DNA of 64,000 bases from NCBI GenBank assembly GCA_013265495.1, contig MU058065.1, positions 5,640,302 through 5,704,301 of the forward strand. Reading direction: 5' to 3'. A model generated the notes under the pieces. That model searched no databases and was not told where the DNA came from. It saw only the letters and a list, made by a program, of their open reading frames with translations. Positions 13,406 through 26,329 of this stretch are shown here, piece by piece. Origin of the DNA: Vicugna vicugna (taxonomy: Eukaryota). Both the position numbers and the translations under genes were made by a program. Position 1 is the stretch's first letter, and each line of letters begins with the position of its first letter.

Positions 13406-14189
13406 CTAGTTTTTGCCCAATTCCTTGAAATGGTGGTTAAGGTGTGGACAAACCCCTCTGAGCTCCTAGCCAAGCTTCTGGACATCTTTGAAGGTTCCTC
13501 CTAAGTGCCTGTGGAAATCCTCACATATGATCCTTCTAGTCCAACAATTGTATCTAAGCTATTGTTTTGCTTTGTTCTGCACCCCACCCCTTTGAGGGGT
13601 GGGATTACTGAGCCTGGCTCTGCCTTCTCCAATGCACACCTTGAGCCCATGTTTCCATCAGCTTGGCTCCCAGGAAGCAACAGTCAGCTGATCAACCACA
13701 GGAAGACAGTAGGCAGGGGAAGGCACGAGGATACCTGAATAATTCCATGATAGCGTTTGGGAGATACTCCATCCAGGAAGAGGAGGCAAGAAAATAAAAT
13801 TCCTGGACCACATTGGCGTGCTTAGGTTGGAGTGACTGTAACACTCCACCTGCCTGAGAAGGGGGTACTGGGTGAGTAGTCACACACAGTGTGCCCAGAC
13901 CCTTAATTAGGGTTTAACAGAATCCAGCTACTACCCTTTTGCCTCCGTGGTGTAGGAGAAAGGCAGATATCAGAATTACTCGAAGTTGGAAGGAGGCCTA
14001 TTTGGTGGACTTGGAAGACAGCATGGCTCTTCCGTAAAGCCGAAGTCACCCTTGGGTAAAGAAGGGGTAAGACTCCCACACACAGCTTAGGAAATCCCCC
14101 TGATGATGTTTCCTACAACTTCAAAACTTGTGAATTTCTGAATATCCAACAAGAGGGAAACAGTAACCATTATGAAAATTCTGCTAAAA

Positions 14190-14400
14190 GTAAGACTCTA
14201 GAATCAAGGAGATCAGGGCTACAATCTCCTTTTGTACTTACTAGCTGTGTTACCTTGGGTGAGTTGCTTGACATCTCTAAGCCTCCGTTTCTTCATTAGT
14301 AACCTAGAGATGATACTTTCACCCACGTTTAAGGTTGTCTGAGGATTCAATGTTTTATGTGTCTAAGGCAATTAGCACATAATAAATATTCAATATATTA
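14190..14400 (+). mobile_element. MIR SINE
   Basis: cttactagctgtgttaccttgggtgagttgcttgacatctctaagcctccgtttcttcat. Confidence 0.75.
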
Positions 14401-14477
14401 GTTTTTTTAAGATGTAACAAAAGGAAACATCTACAGTTAAGGAAAAAAGCATAAAATATAATTTTACTTACATTTCT

Positions 14478-14902
14478 GTAGCATATTGAAAAATGGCCAC
14501 AGTATTTGTAGCTCCCCTTATCAAAAGGTAGAATCCATTTCTCCACCTCTCAAATATGGGCTCGGCATGTAACTGGCCTTGGTCAAGGGACTATTAGCAT
14601 ATGTGACACAAGCAAAAGCTTGATAGTATTTACACAGAAGTGCCTGATAATCACTTCCCTTCTTGTTGTTGGGAACTCTTCTGCCATCATGGGAACTGCC
14701 TACTGGATAATGAGAGACAGGTGGCCATCATCCCAGGGTCATCATCAAACACCAGACACATGAGTGTCCTAGACTATCCAATCCCAGCTAAGAACAGAAG
14801 AACAACCTATCTGACCCTCAGAATCATGAGCAAATAAAATGGTCGTTGTTTTAAGCCACTAAATGTTGGGGTTATTTGTTATGCAGCAAAAGCTAACTGA
14901 TA
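14478..14902 (+). mobile_element. MaLR LTR (MLT1E/F-like)
   Basis: aaaaatggccaca...agaatcatgagcaaataaaatggtcgttgttttaagccactaaatgttggggttatttgttatgcagcaaaagctaactgata. Confidence 0.8.
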
Positions 14903-16129
14903 GAGTTCTGATTACAACTATGTAAAAATATTTATGCATTTATACAAGATCTAGGGGATACTAAGGTAAAAACACTTGTCCTCAAGGGCTCATAATTTTT
15001 TAAGTGAGAGCGACAAGTCACAGAAATAGATATTCTACTTCAGCGTAATAGTTGCCAACATGTCAGGGTGGTGTTAATTATGAGTGATGTTTTTCAATGT
15101 TTCCTTGATGCTGTGATGAGTTTATTTGTACAATTTTTAAATTAAATTTAAAAGAAGTGACTTAACACTATTGAGCTGATATCTGCCCAGAAGAGAGGTT
15201 CCAAGAGACAGGAAGATGTAAAGTCTTTCAACACATACCCTCCTGAATCTGAAGGAGATGGCCAGCTTAGCCAAATTATTTCCATTACCTTGAACAAACC
15301 CATGTTAAAATCAGGATTCATAGACCTACCCAAAGTTATCTACATTATCACTTCAATTAAACATATGGCTGAGGAATCTACTGAAGAAGGCTTGAGTGAT
15401 AGCCATGAAATCAATAAGTCTTTCTGGACTTATCGATTTAGCATTCTACATGCAGTAGAATTGATTTATGTCCTCAGATTTATTTTGATAACTCAATGAT
15501 AACTCCACTATTTCTAAATTAATGTCATCTTTTCTTCAGGCCAAAAATTTTTCCTGGTAAGGAAAAAAAATCTTACTTTAAGCCAAACTGACTTTGCTAA
15601 GTAATTCCATGGCTAACAGGATACCGTAAATCAAAGAGAAGCATGTATTACTATAACTGTAAATCATCCTTGGCATGGAAAAGTACCACGGCATTTATTT
15701 GTCAGAATTGTGATTGTATCATGCAGGGTCTCTTCCTTGTCAAAATTATTAGTATCTTCCAATATAAACCTTATTGTCTAACTTGCAATTTCTTAAGTGC
15801 AATAGATTGTTTTAAAACTACATTAATTTCTATCTCCCATATCTCAAGTTTCTAGAATGTATGAGATGGGTAGCTCCCAATTCCTAATTAGCACAATTTT
15901 ATTGAACAAGATAAAGCTTCATCCCTGTGTGAAGAATATTCATTCATCTCAGGCATACACAGACAAGGCAATTAGTCAATGCCACATAGATGGGTATGTC
16001 TGCAAATGCTTTTTGAAAAGAACAATATTTTCCAACCAGATATATAAACCTAAGGGAAAAACAGAGAAATTTTTCAATAAAGGGATGTCAGAATGGGATT
16101 GTCCAGTCAATCGTCCCGCCAAGTCCACC

Positions 16130-16795
16130 TCCTCCATATCTCTGATACCCACCGAGTTCTCTCTGTCGGCACAGCCTCCATGTGGTCCAGGAAAGCATCA
16201 CTGCTCACCTGACTGCTGCAGCAGCCTCCTAGCTTCTCTCCCCATCACCATGTGTGCTTTCCCCAATTTTCTACATTGCAGCTAGAGGGGTTATTTTTTT
16301 CAAAAATGCAAAGCTAATCATAGCATCACTGCCTACTGCCTTCCCTTGGCTCTCAGAAGAAAGAAAAATAAGTTAGATCAATTATCCAAGTGGTCTGTCT
16401 ACCTCTCCCACCTTCTCTGCCCCTGCCCATGCTCTCTGCGCCAGCCAGGCTTGGCTTCTCTCCACACCTCCAACATGCCCCTCAAGTCCACATACACATG
16501 CTGGTCACTCTGCCACCCTCTCTTTGCCAAGCTAATCCCCACCATCCTAAAGCTCTGGGCTCAAATACCACTTCCTAGGAAGGCTTTCTTGAGCCCCTAG
16601 ATGGGTTAGACCCCATGACATGCTTCCCTCAGCAACCAGCACTTCTCTTTTCCAGACCTCTGTGATTGTCTGTTTAGTTCCTGTCTTCCCTGTTGGACTG
16701 TAGTTCCTTGAGGATGGGGACAACATCTCCACTCCCCTGTCCCTGCCAGCACTTGGCACATACTGGTGCTCAGCCCAGGTTGACGATCCTTGACT
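16130..16795 (+). mobile_element. L2 LINE 3' fragment
   Basis: actgctgcagcagcctcctagct...cagcacttggcacatactggtgctcag. Confidence 0.65.
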
Positions 16796-16959
16796 GAGAT
16801 GGGGCAGCGGGGACAGGGAGCGGAGAGGCAGGATCCTGCACTGGGCAGGGTGGAGGATTCAGTCCAAGAGCACACCAAGGAGCACCATGGGGAAGGCGGG
16901 GCCAGGCCAGCCCTCTATAAATGCCTCAGGAGCTGTCATGCCATTGACACATCATCCTA

Positions 16960-17360
16960 ATTAATTAAACCATTCACTTGCAAAAAACTTCAGACCAAAT
17001 AGAAGCTGCAAAAAGATAACAAATGAACTGCCACATACTCTTCAGGATTTACCCTTCATCACCCTTGGCTCACCTAATTCATCATGAACATTTTGCCATA
17101 TCTGCTTTATATTCCTACATATATGTGTGTGCTTGTGTAGGCACTATTAGACACATTATGTGTGTATATATAAATGTATTTGTGAACCATCTGAAATGAT
17201 GTGTCAACATCATGACCTTTTACCCCTAAATCCCTCAGCATGCATCTTCCAAGTACAAGGACGTTCTCTTCTGTAATCACAGTGGCGGTTATCCAATCCA
17301 GGAAAATTCAGCATTGATACAACATCACTATCTAATTACAATCCATATTCCAATTTTACC
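16960..17360 (-). mobile_element. Old L1 (L1MC/ME-like) 3' UTR fragment
   Basis: aaacttcaga...aagctgcaaaaaga...tttacccctaaatccctcagcatgcatcttccaag...caatccatattccaattt. Confidence 0.6.
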
Positions 17361-18530
17361 AACTAAATTCGTGAATTTAAACATCTTCAACGATCACTAA
17401 CTGGGAGCAGCTAAAAATGCAGCCGAGTCAGCCGGTCTCAAAAGTTCTTTAGAGTGGCGAATTATGAAAACCCAATAAAACCCCCAAACCGGGGAAGTTG
17501 CAGGGAATGTAAAATCCCTGGGTATTCTCTGAACAGAAGCAAACCAATTCAGAGCACAATTTCAGGATCCATCTGGCCTCTCGAAAATCCTCCACAGACA
17601 ACCTCCTTGGGCTTAAAACACTTCCAAGCCAATCAAATGCATCACTAATATCTTGCTGGGTGGGTCAGCCGCAGAATACCAGCTCACTCCCACCTGGAAG
17701 CTCTCCCTCTCCCGACCAGACCAAAGGAAGACAAGGAAACCGAGTTACCAAGGGCAGCGACAGGGGCTGGTCATGGGACAAGTGCAGCCAGGGGACACCT
17801 GATAAATTAAATGGCCCATGGGAGGCAGTTCACACTCAAAAGAGCAATTTAAACTATTTATGATCTCTGATGGGCCTTGAATGAGTGACAACTTCCTAAG
17901 GAAAAGGTCTTGAAATGATTACAGAGAGAGTACAGAGGATGGCTACTCCATGCTCCCCAGAGGTCACAGCGGACAATGGCTATTAGTCGTATTAAGGAGG
18001 AACGAACACATGGAAATGGTGCTAGTACATAGTACAACTGCAGGCAGCTTGACCTTGCCATTCGGTCCGGGCACCTCATCCCACAAAGAAATAGAAGAGG
18101 CACAGGAGGCCCACGGGATGATTAGCGCACCGGTAAGGAAATGTTTGATTACATAATCAGCTAGTTAGGAAGAAGAAAGGAGCAGATGGACAGAGGGGTG
18201 GACACAGAAAGAAAAGGACGTGGGGGTGACTGAGGCCCCGAAGGTTCTAAATTAGACTTTTATTAAACATCCACGAGGCTGTTTTTCAAAGAGAACTCCA
18301 GTGGATCAACAAATTCTTTTGAGGAAATAAAAGGCCAGTTCGGCCAAGCAGTTCAAAACACCTAAATAAATTTGTGTCTGTTTGGAATTAACAAAAAAAT
18401 TTAACCACTTCTGAACTATGTTGTTTTATCTAGGAAACTGGATAAAATAGTGTCCTGAACCCAGTTGTCTACAGTGGTCAGGAAAGTTGCGGTCAGCTAG
18501 AAAGGGAGGATGAAATGCTCACTCTGACAT

Positions 18531-18860
18531 CAGGGTCAACAAACCAAGGCCCACCGGCCAGTTCCAGCCTGGTGCCTGTTTTTGCAATATTGGCAAGCTA
18601 AGAAAGAGTTTCACATCCTAAAATAGTTGGAAAAAATCAAAGGGAGGATAATATTTCATGACCCATAAGAATGGTATGAAATGCAAATTTGTGTGTTCGG
18701 GAGGTTTTATTGGAACACAGACACATCCATTCATGTCTGTATCGCCAACGGCTGCTTTGGCCCTGTAACAGCTGAACTCAAAATTTGTAACAGAGACTGG
18801 GCCACACATCCAAAATATTTACTCTCTGGACCTTTTCAGGGAGTCTACCCACTCTGGCTC
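18531..18860 (+). mobile_element. MER58-like hAT-Charlie DNA transposon
   Basis: cagggtcaacaaac...gttttattggaacacag...ggctgctttg...aaaatatttactctctggacctttt. Confidence 0.75.
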
Positions 18861-19063
18861 TAGTGTGCCGTGTTAAATACCTTCAGTGTGGCCGAGGCCC
18901 TGGACAGCTGTCAGGGTACTGCAATGTCTGGTCTGCAGCTGGATGGTCATTTACGTCTGCTGCCAGGGTCCTGGGCCTGGGCCCCTGGGAGGTGGGGGCA
19001 GGGGGGTGGAAGGGGAGGTAGCAGGTGGAGATGCTCAAAGGAATCAAGAAAAAGAAACTGAGT

Positions 19064-19170
19064 GGGGAGGGTAGAGCTCAGTGGTAGAGCGCATGCTTAG
19101 CATGCACAAGGTTCTGGGTTCAATCCCCAGTACCTCCATTCAAATTTTTTAAAAAAATAAAAAGAAAAAC
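19064..19170 (+). mobile_element. Vic-1-type tRNA(Ala)-derived SINE (camelid)
   Basis: GGGGAGGGTAGAGCTCAGTGGTAGAGCGCATGCTTAGCATGCACAAGGTTCTGGGTTCAATCCCCAGTACCTCCA followed by an A-rich tail; A and B boxes and AGC anticodon-like loop. Confidence 0.8.
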
Positions 19171-20709
19171 AAATCAAAGGAAGTTGAACAGCAGCTAAGA
19201 GGGCCAGACAGCACAGCAGGACCCAATCAGGCTGCCTAGCTGCCTGCTGGAGTCCAGTAGAGGCCTCATAACAACCTGGAATCAGATACTTAGAGGCCTT
19301 GACTCCACAGCAACCCTTGGCGAGCATGCAAAGGCCATGAACCAGGCCTGCAGAAGACCTGATCTGTCAGCGTGTGGACGGCCCATGTGTGTAAGACACA
19401 TCTCAATTTTACACAAAGCTTTTTCTGAAAAAAATACATAAACTGTAGGGGAAAATATAATTTTGTTCATATAAATATAGTGTACAGTATTGTGCATCCA
19501 TTTTAAAAAAATACCTTTTTGCTGTGAATAGTCTATATCCTTAAATAGAAGGCTAAGATCACAGAGCTCAAAAGAAACATCTTTTATCTGTGAACACAGG
19601 TTGCAGCAGAAATACACCTGAATCTACAACCTAAGGGGAATTATCCAAATTCTATATTCATCTGTGTGGTCCCTGGTTTTTTATTTTTGAAAAGAATATA
19701 AAACTTTCACCTTTGCCAAGATGTGTGTCACCAGGCTCTGCCACTAGGGGGTAGCATGACCCATTATTTTACCTTTTTTCAGCCTTCCGAATATCCCTAA
19801 AACTAATTCATTAGAGTCACAAGGAAACTTATACATGTAATGCTCTCTATTGTATGTATTATATATAATCTATAATGTACTATACATTACATAAAATATA
19901 ATCAAATGATATATTGCATATATAGTATATACTTGGGGAGAATGTAAAAAATGTATCTTCTGCACAGGTAAAGAAAGTCTCAGTAGAGCAGAGAATTCAG
20001 CTGGAATTCACAGGTTCAAAGTAAAAGAAGGTAGCAGAAGGACTGCTTAACGTCAAGAGAGGAATAGGTATACAAGAGCCTTTCCACCAGAAAATTCCAG
20101 GAAGGGCTTAGACCACCTAAAAGGCTGAGTAGCAAAAGGCTTGTGGAAGGAAAGGCAGGACCAGAGTCATGGGATGTACAGCCAGTATCTAAGGAATCTG
20201 AGAGATGCCAAATCTAAATCAGAACCCAAGAGACCGTGACGCACAAAGCCAGAGGCCAGAGAGCCAAGATGACATGAGTGAGCCCCGAGGTCTTCGGGTG
20301 AGTTCTGAGCTGTGAGCAAAGCCAGGTCAGGAGCCCAGGTTACAAACAGCAGCAAATGGACACTCCAAATAGCTTGGGGGAGGGGGAGGTCACTCATTTG
20401 GAATTTCAAAAATGTGACTTGAAGTCCATTTCCAAAACAAGACCAGGAGTGGCAGAAGGGAGATTAAAATTCCAGCCCCTTCAGACTTTCTGAAACATAA
20501 AACCCTGAATGTTTGGGTGTAATTTATCCAGAAAACATCTGTCAGTTTCTAACATCCACTTCTGGGGCCAGGTTGGGAAGCACTATAATTGAAGGGCTTT
20601 CCCAAATCTTGAAGTTGACTATGATGGACAGTTCCTAGGGTACATGTTAGCATCCCTTTACCACTGAGAATTAAAGTTGCCTGCTGCACGGTCCACACAC
20701 ACAAAATGC

Positions 20710-20910
20710 CTGCATCGTGCTTTTCTCATAAATCACTTCATTTAATCCCCATCAAAGACCCATGGGTAGGTGTTAATATCATACTTGTTGTCCAGATGAA
20801 GAAACAGACTCAGAGAGCTTAAGTCACTTGCCCAAGGTCACAGTAATGAGCATCAGTGCCAGTGTTTAACATCTGAATTGCCTGTTCTTTCCATCACATT
20901 TGCTGCCTCC
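20710..20910 (-). mobile_element. MIR SINE
   Basis: cagatgaagaaacagactcagagagcttaagtcacttgcccaaggtcaca. Confidence 0.75.
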
Positions 20911-22707
20911 AAGTAGAAGTATTTCTCTAAGAGCCAGGAGGTGTATAAGAAGGCAAGCTACAACAAGAGGAAGATATTTGTATATATTAAAAACAAAAGA
21001 AAAGAACCATAAACAATGAAATTTTTCGGAAGGCCAATAGGGAGCCAGATGTCATGGAGAGAAACAAAACAGGAATCAGAGGAGAAGGGAGGATTGAATT
21101 CAGAAGGCAGGAGAAAGGAGGAAGAGGGGCCCTAGAATGAAAATGTCGCTCCAAAGCAGGGGCAAAGCGTGCCTCCTGCACTTAGTGGCCAAAAGTAGTG
21201 AGGGAATCTTTCCTTGGCCAAGTAGGGGAACCAAGAAGGATGTCTGGGACATAATGAGAGCTCAAAAGGATTGTGGAACGAATGCAGGAAGAAGACGGGT
21301 TTCTGGACTCTTTTATTGGCAAAGGGCTGCAGTGGGAGTAAGAGGGTTCCGGGGGCGGGACAGAAACAAAGAAATTTAGAGCATCCAAATTAGGTTTCTC
21401 TCCTGAGCTGCACAGAGTTCCATTCTTTGCCTAACGACCTAAGCCGGAGAGTCTCTGCCCTGAAAGGTTTCCAGCTGGTCAGAGAGCAGTGATTTTGTTT
21501 CTGCCATTGAAGCCTTCTTCCGGGGAGGGGCTACTGGCAATTCCAGGGGCCAGGCCCCCAGGGCAGGATTCCTCGAGGCTCCATGGATATGAGTCACGAT
21601 GGGGCCTCCGTCTAGTGTGAAAAGGGAGCAGGGTGACAAGGGATGCTGGATGCTGTGCTTCCCAAGTCACGTTTGGTTCTTTTTCAGCCCAGAGATCATG
21701 CAACCAGCCTGGGGTTTGCTGCTTCTCTCATCCCTCCTGCGTCTTTCTTTGCTTCCTTGTGAGAAAGAACGAGAGAGAAAGAGATGTGCCCTTAACAGTA
21801 AGAAAACAGTCCTGCATCCAACTGGAGGGCAGGTGAAGGAGGAAAAAAGTGACAAATGTGGGAGAGATGTCTGGAGAGGCTGGCTTCATGAGAGACCTTA
21901 TAGTGTCTCCTGGAGGGCTTGCTTAAATCATATGCTTCGCAATTTCAGTCAAGGAGGGGACGCAGTTGCCTCAGGTCAGGTGATCCCCAGTCAGCTGTAC
22001 CGGAGCAAAGGGCTCATGGAGACCTACAGTCACCACGGGTTTTGCCTACCCATTGCCTCTGGTTCCTTGAGGAACTCATCCCTCACTCCCTGTGGTCCCC
22101 TTGGGGCTGTCCCTCGTGGTGGGCAGTGCAGGTGGGGCCCTGCACAGGGCACCCTTCCAGACAGATCCCTCCCTTCAGATTCCCTGTCTGTGCTGCCTGC
22201 ATCAGGAACGACCCAAGCAAGGCCAGCAGTGTTCTTGCCAAGGCCTGATACACGAATGGTGACAGTCCAAGCTGTTCTTTCTCCGGAGGTTTCTAAGCAG
22301 GGAGAGCGTGAGTCTAACCTGACGCCCCTCATCTTGTCTGCTACTCAAAGACGGCTCTCCAAGAACAAAGCCAGAGAGAGAAATGGCTAGAAAGACAGCA
22401 GAGACAAACCTCTGCCCATGTAACCCTCGGGCTTTCCAATCACATGAGTAAACAACTGTCCTTTGTGGGTTCAACCTAGTTTAGATTTGGTGTCTGCAAC
22501 TTGCAGGAGAAGCGCTGATTCACCACTTTTCCTAGCTTCTGCCTCTGTTCGCCCTGCAGTTTTTCCTCCCACCTCTACATATGGAGCCCTACAGGCTTGT
22601 AAGTCTCAACTCAAATGCCATCCCCACCCACTCCACAAAGCCTTTCCTGACCTCCTCTGCCAGCTCACCTCTCCCACCTTGGCCCCTGACACTTCATCTG
22701 TAGCTTT

Positions 22708-23045
22708 CTGTGTCTGTCAGGATGACATTCAGCTGCAGAGAATAAAAAGCTGACTGACTTAAAGTAGCCTAGGGATTTATTTCCTCACATAACAAGCAGC
22801 CTCAAGGAAGGCCTCACTACATCAAGGACAACAGCTCTCCAGTGCCCCTTGTCTTATACCTGTGGCCTCATGGTTGCAAGATGGCTGCCACACATCCAGG
22901 CATCATATTTGCTTTCCAGCTTCTTCTGTTTTTTCAGAAAAACAAAAGTTTTCCTAAACCTACCAATAGGCTTCTATGTAACAATTCATGTCCCCAGATT
23001 GCATCACCAACCACTCTTAGTTGCAGTGGAGGGTAGGAAATGACA
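22708..23045 (-). mobile_element. MaLR LTR (MLT1K/L-like)
   Basis: gatttatttcctcacataacaag...cctcatggttgcaagatggctgccaca. Confidence 0.6.
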
Positions 23046-24159
23046 CGAAGTCCCGCAGTCTCTCGAGTAAATGAGGAAAAGGAGAAAGAGGTTAATTACA
23101 GCTGTTGGCCAGCCTGGGAAGTGTCTGCCCTGCACTCTTAAGGCCCTGGTCACAGTCACATCTTTTCTTATACTTTGTCGCATGCTAAACCCTGAACTCC
23201 CTCTGGGAAGGGACTGAGTTCTCAGCCACTGAACCCTTCCCTGGGCCCGGCACATAACGCTTTGATAAATAAGTGCTGGGTGAACGTGTGTGCTGCTGCC
23301 TGCTCTGGCTCTTGGGACCTCCCGGCAGGCTGAGCAGACGTGTGGCTGTAGTGGGGTAATGAAATGTATGCCCTTCTTTGATCTCTGAGCTCTCCTGTTT
23401 GAAATTCATCTGGTTGGCGTGGAAAGATACCAAGGATGTGTGTTTCTGTGCCTTGTCTAATCATCAGAAAGGGTTAAAACATTTCTATTTCAGGTCTCTT
23501 ATGATCAAGAAAGGTCGCCTGACAGGAGTGTCTATTTGGTGCCTTAAAGGCTAGCAAGGAATGAAGAATTAGCTCTCTCTCTCTGAGTATCCCCTTGACG
23601 TAGTTAGAATAAAAGCAGCAGTGACATTGCCAATGACCCAGATGTTGGAGAAACCTTGGATTAAGCCACAGAGGCCCTTGCCTCCAAATCCTATAAGATT
23701 GCATTAACACGGGCTCAACCTGCAGAATTGGATTTAAATCCAGCCCTTGAATGCTCACCCTACCTCGCCCCTTCCTCACACCTAATCTCTTTTTGTCCTT
23801 AGAGTGTTGAAAATAATGATAATGCAGCTGCCGTGGAAAGTGGCTGTGTGAGCAATTTTTACATTAGAAAGGCTCTTAATAAAGTAAAAGTGCTTTAAGT
23901 GCAGAAGTCTCCCCTTTTACTTTCCTCCTGCCTGGATAATAAATGACATGTGGCGGTTTCAAACCTCCGTGGTCTGCTGTGACAGAGGGGCTGAGACAGC
24001 CACCCTGCCTGTCCCCAGCACAACACAGCACAAGGGTGTACGTGTGCGCTGGCTTATTGGATCCAGATTTACACAGACACAGCACAGTAGCAGGTGAAGA
24101 CAGGGACATCTTTATGGGCCAAATCTTCTCCTCCACCTTCACTCATACCTGTCAGTAAA

Positions 24160-24325
24160 ATAATAATAATAACAACAACAACAACAACCATTTCTGGAGC
24201 ACTTACTATGTGCTAAGAACACTGCATGCATCATCTCATTCAATCCTCCTGACCTCCCTAGAGGCTGGGTTCTGTCAAGATCCCCCATTTTACAGATGAG
24301 GGAATTGAGGCTCAAAGCTCAGAGA
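24160..24325 (-). mobile_element. MIR fragment preceded by (AAT)n(AAC)n microsatellite
   Basis: gagcacttactatgtgct...catctcattcaatcctc...cccattttacagatgagggaattgaggctca. Confidence 0.7.
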
Positions 24326-25237
24326 ATCCTGCACTAAGTCCCACGAAAGCTCCCACACTGTCTGGGGCCCTTCACGTTAGTGCTGGGCAGTGGTTCTCAG
24401 GCAGGATTGGTGGGAACTTCGGAGACCCTTCTCAGACGACTGAGATCTTAATCTTTGGGTATAGAGCCAGTGCATCAAGGGTTTCAGCTCCCAGCTGCAC
24501 TACAGGTGAAGTGAAAAAGGCACCATTCTTAGAGTCGGACGTCTGGAGACACTGCACCGGACTGGCTGTTTGACTTTATGATGTGATTAATCCGCCCGCA
24601 GAGGAGCCGATAATGCAAACACCCTGCGTGAACTGTGTGAAGGGCTCTGGGTTATAGGACACCCCGGACAGACCCGGGCTGGCGATAGCAAAGCCCAAAG
24701 CTGGCTGCTCGGAGAAGTGCACCAAGATCCTGGGGCTAGTCCCTTCCCCCACTGATTTGTCTATTCATCCAATAAACATTTATCAAGCACTTACTCAGTA
24801 CCAGGCTGTCAGCTGCAGAGGGAGGAAGGAAGATTAAAAAGTTCCTTCCAGCCAGAGGAATTATCTTGCAGTTCTCTGCCCTCAGCCCATTTATGACCTA
24901 ACCAAGGAGAGCAGCTGGAGTAAGAAGAACAGCCACAGCCACGTGTGCACAAAGTGTCAGATGAGTGGCCCAGACTAGGAGGATTTCAAAAGTTCTAACA
25001 CTGGACTGATCCCCAAGGTCAAGAGGCTTCCTGTAAGGAGAGACTTGGGCTTTGCCATGTCAGTGCAGCCTTCCCAGTGGGCCACGGGACCCAATGTGTA
25101 CCAGTGGATCCAGGAGAACTCACCCCATCCCAGATCAGCTGCAGCCTGAGCAGGACTAGTAGCTGGTCCTAGAGCCTGTGACCCAGCAGCCACCACCACT
25201 GATGGAGCTCCCTCCAAGCGCCAGGTTACTCACTTCC

Positions 25238-25940
25238 GTTTTTTCATTGAAGTGTAGTTGACCTACAATGTTATATAGGTTACAGGAGTATAATACAGTG
25301 ACTCAGAATTTTTAAAAATTGTACTCCATTTATACTTATTATAAAATATTGGCTATATTTCCCATGTTGTACCATATATCCTTGTAGCTTATTTTATACA
25401 TAATAGTTTGTACCTCTTAATCCCCTACCCTGATCTTGCCCCTCCGCCTCCACTCTTCCCACCAATAACCACTGGTCTGTTCTCTATACCTGTGAGTCTG
25501 TTTCTTTTTTGTTATATGCACTGGTTTGTTGTATTTTTTAGATTTCACATATAAATGATATCATATGGTATTTGTCTTTATATAACTTATTTTACTTAGC
25601 ATAATGCCCTCTAAGTCCATCCACATTCCTGCAAGTTGCAAAGTTTCATTCCTTTTAATGGCTGAGTAGTATTCCATTGTGTATGTATGCCACATCTTCT
25701 TTATCCATTCATCTGTTGATGGACACTTAGGTCCCTTCCATATCTTGACAATTGTAAATTGTGCCACTATAAACATTGAGGTGCAGTGAATTTTTTCAAA
25801 TTAGTGTTTTTGTTTTTTTTGGATACTGGGGAGTGGAATTTCTGGGTCATATGGTAGTTCTATTTTTAGTTTTTTAAGAAGCCTCCACACTGGTTTTCAC
25901 AGTGGCTACACCAATTTATATTCCTACCAACAACGTACAA
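25238..25940 (-). mobile_element. L1 3' end (ORF2 C-terminus plus cetartiodactyl-type 3' UTR)
   Basis: ORF 25561-25776 encodes the L1 ORF2 C-terminus (KCPSTDEWIKKMW..TMEYYSAIKRNE); ttgaagtgtagttga terminus. Confidence 0.88.
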
Positions 25941-26139
25941 ACTACTTTACCCTCCTTTTTTTTCTTTTAAAGTTTGTCTACTTTATTTCTGGTGCTAAAA
26001 TTCATTGGGAATAAAAGATACATTTAATATTCTCAAAATTCAGCTCCAAAGCCTTTAATTATTTATATATGACAAGTGAATATTTGCAGAAAAGAAATTT
26101 ACATTTAATATCTCTCTGCAATTACTTCACCCACATTTT

Positions 26140-26310
26140 GACCTCCATGAATCCACCCAACAATGATGGGAAAGGCACTATTATAGTCCATTTTCCAGAG
26201 AAATAAACTGATCCTCTAAGAGGTTAAGCAGTTTTCTCAAAGGCACATAACCAATCAACAGCGCAGACTCAGGCCCAGCCCTATCTGATTCCAGGATCCC
26301 TTCCCTAAAC
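26140..26310 (-). mobile_element. MIR fragment
   Basis: ccattttccagagaaataaactga...gaggttaagcagttttctcaaaggcaca. Confidence 0.55.
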
Positions 26311-26329
26311 TAGGACACGACATACAACG

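Noticed and set aside
19064..19138. Functional tRNA-Ala(AGC) gene
   Set aside because: Extra 5' bases, an imperfect acceptor stem, two mismatches in the anticodon stem and an A-rich tail fit a SINE better.
21599..22390. Longest non-genic ORF (263 aa)
   Set aside because: No recognisable domain, composition typical of random GC-rich frames, and overlapped by similar ORFs in other frames; no exon evidence.
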